Source: the human T2T-CHM13v2.0 reference genome, Homo sapiens
NCBI RefSeq assembly: GCF_009914755.1
Contig: NC_060936.1
DNA length: 64,000 bases
Strand: one strand, 5' to 3'
Below the pieces are notes generated by a model that worked only from the letters and a program-made list of their open reading frames with translations, ran no database searches and had not been told where the DNA came from. Shown here piece by piece: positions 57,989 to 64,000 of the stretch; the first letter of the stretch is position 1; every line of letters starts with the position of its first letter. The translations under genes were made by a program, and so were the position numbers.

Positions 57989-60900
57989 ATGAAGGAGAGG
58001 CTGGGTCCCTTTGAGGAAGGACCTCACTACATTACAATTTATGCAGTGAATTTTTGTCCCATCTTTTGTCAGGGAGACCTCCAGCCTTTCACCACGGTAA
58101 CTCTGCATTGGGGAAAAAGAAATGGTCGGAGATTTCAGGGACTTCTGGACACTGACTCTGAGCCGATGTTGACACCAGGGGACCCAAAACATCATTGTCA
58201 TCCTCCAGTTAAAATAGGGGCTTATGGAGGTCAGGTAATTAACTGAGTTTTAGCTCAGGTTCTATTTACAGTATGTTCAGTGGGTCCCTGGACTCATCTT
58301 GTGGTCATTTCCCCAGTGCCAGAATGCATAATTGGCATAAACATACTTAGCAGCTGGCATAATACCCACATTGGCTCCCTGACTGGTAGTGTAAGGGCTA
58401 TTATGGTGGGAGAGGCCAAATGGAAGACATTAGAGCTGCCTCTACCTAGAAAAATAGTAAATCAAAAACAATATCGCATCCTTGGAGGGATTGTGGAGAT
58501 TAGCCTCACCATCAAGGACTTGAAAGACTCAGGGGTGGCCATTTCCACCACAACCCCGCTCAACTCTCCCATTTGGCCTGTGCAAAAGACAGATGGATCT
58601 TGGAGAATAACAGTGGATTATTGTAAGCTTAACCAAGTGGCGACTTCGGCGGCAGCTGCTGTACCAGATGTGGTTTCATTGCTTGAGCAAATTAACACAT
58701 CTCCTGGTACCATTGACTTGACAAATACCTTTTTCTCCATTCCTGTCCATAAGGCCCACCAGAAGCAATTTGCCTTCAGCAGGCAAGGCCAGCAATGTAC
58801 CTTTACTATCCTACCTTAGGGGTATATCAACTCTATGACTTTGTGTCATAATCTCATTCAGAGAGAACTTGATCGCATTTTGCTTCCACAAGATATCGTA
58901 CTGGTCCATTACATTGATGACATTATGCTTATTGGAACCAGTGGGCAAGAAGTAGCAAACACACTGGACTTATTGGTGAGACATTTGTGTGCCAGAGAGT
59001 GGGAAATAAATCTGATTAAAATTCAAGGACCTTTCACTTCAGCAAAATTTTTAGGGGTCCAATTGTGTGGGGCCTGTTGAGATATCCCGTCTAAGTTGAA
59101 GGATAAGTTGCTGCATTTGGCCCCTCCTGCAACCAAGAAAAAGGCACAATGCCTAGTGGGTTTATTTGGAATTTGGAGGCAACACATTACTCATTTATCG
59201 AGTGACCTGAAAGGCCGCTAATTTTGAGTGGGGTCCAGAACAGAAGGCTCTGCAACAGGTCCAGGCTGCTGTGCAAGCTGCTCTGTCACTTGGGCCATAG
59301 GAACCAGCATATCCAATGGTGCCTGACATGTCAGTGGAAGATAGAGGTGCTGTCTGGAGCCTTTGGCAGGACCCCATAGGTGAATCACAGCAGAGGCCTA
59401 TAGGAGTTTGGAGCAAGGCCCTGCCATCTTCTGCAGATAACTACTCTCTTTTTGAGAGACAGCTCTTGGCCTGTTACTGGGCTTTGGTGGAAATTGAACG
59501 TTTGACAATGGGTCATCAAGTCACCATGTGACGTGAACTGCCTGCCATGAATTGGGTGCTTTCTGACCCATCTAGCCATGAAGTGGGTCATGCACAGCAG
59601 CATTCCATTATCCAGTGGAAGTGGTATATATGTGATTGGGCTCAAGAAGTTCCTGAGGGCACAAGTAAGTTACATGAGGAAGTGGCTCAAATGCTCATGT
59701 CTCCACTTCTGCCACCCTGCCTTCTCTCCCCCAGCCTGCACCCATGGCCTCATGGGGAGTTCCCTATAATCAGTTGACAGAGGAAGAGAAGACTAGAGCC
59801 TGGTTCACAGATGGTTCTGCACAATATGCTGTCACCACTGGAATGTGGACAGCTGCAGCATTACAGCCCCTCTCCAGGACATTCCTGAAGGATAGCAGTG
59901 AAGGGAAATCTTCCCAGTGAGCAGAACTTTGAGCAGTGCACCTGGTTGTACACTTTGCATGGAAGGAGAAATGGCCAGATGTGCGATTTTATACTACTGA
60001 TTCATGGGCTGTAACCAATGGTTTGTCTGGATGGTCAGAGACTTGGAGAAGCATGATTGGAAAATTGGTGACAAAGAAACTTGGGGAAGTATATAGGTGG
60101 ACTTTTCTGACTGGTCAAAAGCTGTGAAGATATTTGTATCCCATGTGAGTGCTCACCAATGCGTGACCTCAGCAGAGGAGGATTTTAATAATGAAGTGAA
60201 TAGGATGACCCATTCTGTGGACACCACTCAGCCTCTTTCCCCAGCCACCCCTGTCATTGCCCAATGAGCCCATGAACAAAGTGGCCATGGTGGTAGGGAT
60301 GGAGGTTACACATGGGCTCAGCAACATGGACTTCTACTCACCCAAGGTGAGCTGGCTACAGCCACTGCTGAGTGCCCAATTGCTAGCAGCAGAGACCAAC
60401 ACTGAGCCCTCAATATGGCACCATTCCTTGGGGTGATTAGTCAGCTACCTGGTGGCAGGTTGATTATATTGAACCTCTTCCATCAAGAAAAGGGCAGAGG
60501 TTTGTCCTCACTGGAATAGACATTCACTTTGGATATGGGTTTGCCTATCCTGCATGCAATGCTTCTGCCAAGACTACCGTCCATGGACTCATGGAATGCC
60601 TTGTCCACCATCATGGTATTCCACGTAGCATTGCTTCTGACCAAGGCACTCACTTTACGGCTGAAGAAGTGCAGCAGTGGGCTCATGCTCATGGAATTCA
60701 CTGGTCTTACCATGTTCCCCATCATCCTGAAGCAGCTGGATTGATAGAATGCTGGAATGGCCTTTTGATATTGTGATTACAATGCCAACTAGGTGACAAT
60801 ACTTCGCAGGGCTGAGGCAAAGTTCTCCAGAAGGGCATGTATGTGCTGAATCAGCATCCAATATATGGTACTGTTTCTCCCATATTCAAGGTTCACGGGT
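57989..60900 (+). pseudogene. pol: HERV-L pro-pol (protease, RT, RNase H, integrase), disrupted
   Basis: Protease LLDTDSE (DTG>DTD); RT NSPIWPVQKTDGSWRITVDY and YIDD at 58910-58921; RNaseH WFTDGS ~59800; integrase IASDQGTHF..GLIE. Confidence 0.9.
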
Positions 60901-60989
60901 CCAAGAATCAGGGGGTGGAAGTGGAAGTGGCAACACTCATCATCACCCCTAGTGATCCACTAGCAAAATTTTTGCTTGCTCTTCCTGCG

Positions 60990-61255
60990 ACATTATGTTC
61001 TGCTGGCCTAGAGGTCTTAGTTCCAGAGGGAGGAAAGCAGCAATATGGAGATACAACAATGATTGTGTTAAACTGGAAGTTATGATTGCCACCTAGACAC
61101 TTTGGGTTCATCCTACCTTTAAGTCAACAGGCTAAGAAGGGAGTTACAGTGTTGGCTGTGGTGACTGACCTGGACTATCAAGATGAAATCAGTCTACTGT
61201 TCCACAGTGGAGGTAAGGAAGAGTATGCATGGAATACAGGAGATCCATTAGTGGG
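60990..61255 (+). pseudogene. dut: ERV-L dUTPase remnant downstream of integrase
   Basis: SAGLEVLVP..LNWKL / PPRHFGFILPLS..GVTVLAVVTDLDYQDEI resembles dUTPase motifs; post-IN position is the ERV-L hallmark. Confidence 0.78.
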
Positions 61256-61756
61256 AAACTACAATAGCCCAATCCAGGCAGGACTACAAATGGCCCAGAC
61301 TCTTCAGGAATGAAGGTTTGGGTCACTCCACCAGGAAAGAAGCCACAACCTGCTGAGGTAATTACTGAAGGCAAAGGGAATACAGAATGGGTAGTAGAAG
61401 AAGGTAGTCATCAATACCAGTTATGACCACGTGATCAGCTGCAGAAACGAGGACTGTAATTGTCATGAGTATTTTCTCCTTCTTTTGTTAAAAACATGTT
61501 TATGGATGTATACACTTGTACTAAGAAAATATCTTTGTTTTATTTCCTTTCTCCTTTATCATGGGACATAAGATTTATTGACTTCACAACAGCATTTAAG
61601 TATTGTTAACTTTATGTGATAGTATTTGTGTTGGGGATTGGTGTGTTTCCGGCTGTAGGAAGGATAGCTGTATTATGTTAGGCATAATTATGACCTTATT
61701 ATTTTCTTTATTTGAAGACTATACATGATCTCAGGAGATGTGCATGGGTTTCAGTT

Positions 61757-61771
61757 GACAAGGGATGGACT
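61757..61771 (+). other. Polypurine tract
   Basis: gacaagggatggact directly before the 3' LTR TG. Confidence 0.7.
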
Positions 61772-62199
61772 TGTGATGGTTAATACTGAGTGTCAATTTG
61801 ACTGGATTGAAGGATACAAAGTATTGATCCTGGATGTGTCTGTGAGGGTGTTGCCAAAAGAGATTAACATTTGAGTCAGTGGGCTGGGAAAGGCAGACCT
61901 ATCCTTAATCAGGTGGGCCCCATCTAATCAGCTGCCAGGAAATATAAAGCAGGCAGAAAAATGTGAAAAGGTGAGACTGGCCTAACCTCCCATACTACCT
62001 CTTTCTCTGTGCTGGATGCTTCCTGCCCTTAAACATTGGACTCCAAGTTCTTCAGTTTTGAGACTCAGACTAGCTCTCCTTGCTCCTCAGGCTTACAGAC
62101 AGCCTGTTGTAGGACCTTGTGATTGTGTAAGTTAATACTTAATAAACTGCCATATATATCCTATTAGTTCTGTCCCTCTAGGGAACCCTGACTAATACG
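61772..62199 (+). mobile_element. 3' LTR (MLT2A1-type)
   Basis: 428 bp, colinear with the 5' LTR (roughly 88% identical by eye); TATAAA at 61943-61948; AATAAA at 62141-62146. Confidence 0.94.
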
Positions 62200-63439
62200 G
62201 AGGTCTTTATGGTTCTATATGCTACAGGTTATGGGGTATACAGAAAAGTTCAAGACAAGATCTCTTCGTATGAGCTTTGCATTCAGACAGTCCTAGGTTT
62301 CAAAGTCTGGGCAGGCTACTTTTCCTTCCTGATTTGCCATTTCCTTGTCTGTAAAATGGGGAGAATAATTTTTACATTGCATGCACTACTGGATGATCAA
62401 ATGAAAGGGCTGAAACTTTGTCAGGCATAGAGCAAGTGTTAGGTAACTGATTATTATTCTTGACCATAAAGCTCTAACATTTTTCTTTTCAAAAAATAGG
62501 TAATAGTTGATGGAAAAGATCTCTTTCTTTTGATAAGAAATAACATATAATATCATCTTTACATCTTTAGTGACTGCCACATAATAGGTGCTAAATAATT
62601 GATATTTTGGTTGGAAAGAAGGGTTTAACTGGAGTTATAATAGTCCCTGCCACAATCTTCTATTCCCTGCTTTATACTTTCTATACTCTCCTCTCCTCCC
62701 CACTACTACCCCTCCTTCAAATCCATTTATACTTTCTGTTGGACACTTGTTTTGTGTGAAGTGGTCTAGTTAAATGGTTCCTGTACAGGGAGTACATTTA
62801 GGATTAAAATGTAACAGGGAGTAAGTTTAGGATTAAAATGTAACTTAATTACAAATGTATAAATATGGCAACTGATATTTACAGAAAATAGAGTCAGTTA
62901 CTATAGAAAAGCTAATTATAGGCTTTCTCTCCACAACCTTCTGAACTGGTTTTAACAAAGTCAACTTCTGAAGGGTTTTCATTTAAATGATTCATTTAAG
63001 ACATCATCTGTGCATTCAGTTCCTCCCAGGACCCTGCATTCCAGGCGAACGCTTAAGGGGCAGGAATGATCGTGCATGTCTGCTTCTGCTTCAGAAGCCA
63101 AGTGGAATTTCTTGCCTCCTTTCTTCTTTTCTACCTTGAAACCTTAAACTTACTTTGGCTCCTTGAAATGAAAATGATGCTTGATGGTATAATGACAGAA
63201 ATCCATTTCCTAGTTTTATTTCTTAATACGAATATGTAATAAGGAATCAATGAATTTCTGGTTATGGTAGTAGCTAAAAGGACATTTAATCTTGGCTTGA
63301 TCTGGGTCCTCTTCAGCATTCATCATCCTTTACCTGAATTGTTTTCTGGTTTGCTACAGCATGCATTCCTGGTTGGTGCCCTGAGCATCATGATCCATGC
63401 TTGTGAGCCTTGGCTGAGTTATTCAGCATCCTCCACAGG

Positions 63440-64000
63440 ATCTTTCACAGAGCAACAGTTATTAATTTTGATGAAGTCCAAATTATCAATTTTTTATTTT
63501 ATGGATCATGCTCTTCGTGTTGTAGCTAAGAGCTCTTCACAAAGCCCCAAGCCCTAAACATTTTCTCCTATGTTTTCTTTTAAAAGTTTTATAATTTTAT
63601 GTTTTAAATCTATGATCCATTTTGAATTAATTTTTATAAGGTGTTAGGTTTCAGGTTACATCGTTTTTTTGTCCGTGGATATCCAATTGCTCCAGCACCA
63701 TTTGTTAAAGAGACTATCCTTCCTTTATTGAACTGCATCTTTGTTAAAAACTAGTTGGCTGTATATGGGTTTAGGATAGCTATGTCTGCTTGGTGGCTTA
63801 ATGTTTTTAACATTATGCAATGTCACTCTATGTCCCTGGTAATTTCCTTTGCTCCAAAGTCTACTTTATCTGATAGTATCTTAGCCATTCCTGTTTTTTT
63901 ATTAATATTTTTATAGCATATCCTTCCCTCTCCTTTTATGTTCAGCCTACCTATGTCACTATATTTGAAGTAAGTTTTTTATTAGGCAGCATATAATTGG
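63440..64000 (-). mobile_element. Old L1M fragments (antisense)
   Basis: ttaattttgatgaagtccaaattatca..ttttctcctatgttttct..ggatatccaattgctccagcaccatttgttaaagagact. Confidence 0.75.

Larger units (their letters stand above)
54316..62199 (+). mobile_element. Near-complete HERV-L provirus (MLT2A1-type LTRs, gag-pro-pol-dUTPase, no env)
   Basis: Two homologous LTRs; 5-bp TSD gaggc (54311-54315) / gaggt (62200-62204); PBS; PPT; 5577-bp internal region. Confidence 0.95.

Noticed and set aside
56260-61460. Domesticated ERV-L gag/pol gene (Fv1-like)
   Set aside because: Longest fragment is 179 aa, with many stops and frameshifts and a mutated protease DTG; consistent with neutral decay.

Overview
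Primate (most likely human or great-ape) non-coding DNA dominated by transposable elements. I found no host protein-coding exon, tRNA/rRNA or CRISPR array. Main contents: (1) a full-length L1PA2-type LINE-1 (3868-~9888, +) with TSDs. ORF1 has one nonsense codon and ORF2 has a nonsense, a +4 frameshift and a 9-bp deletion, but the antisense ORF0 is intact. It is nested in an older L1 that also hosts a MER4-group LTR containing an Alu. (2) A decayed LTR16/ERV-L-class provirus (~25.6-31.3 kb) with multi-level nested insertions. (3) A twin-primed, 5'-inverted L1PA (39616-40542). (4) A near-complete HERV-L provirus with MLT2A1-type LTRs (54316-62199) whose 5' LTR carries a ~1.45-kb AT-rich expansion. 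Many Alu, MaLR, L2, MIR and DNA-transposon remnants fill the rest. I see no convincing new biological system. The most unusual signals are the palindrome-bracketed TA expansion and the split of DUX4/TATA motifs between the two HERV-L LTRs, an old inverted duplication of an LTR/host junction (21.46-22.52 kb), the intact ORF0, a MADE1 hairpin and a homeodomain/TCF motif cluster near 44 kb. Subfamily names come from recalled consensus sequences, not a database search, and boundaries of old elements are approximate.
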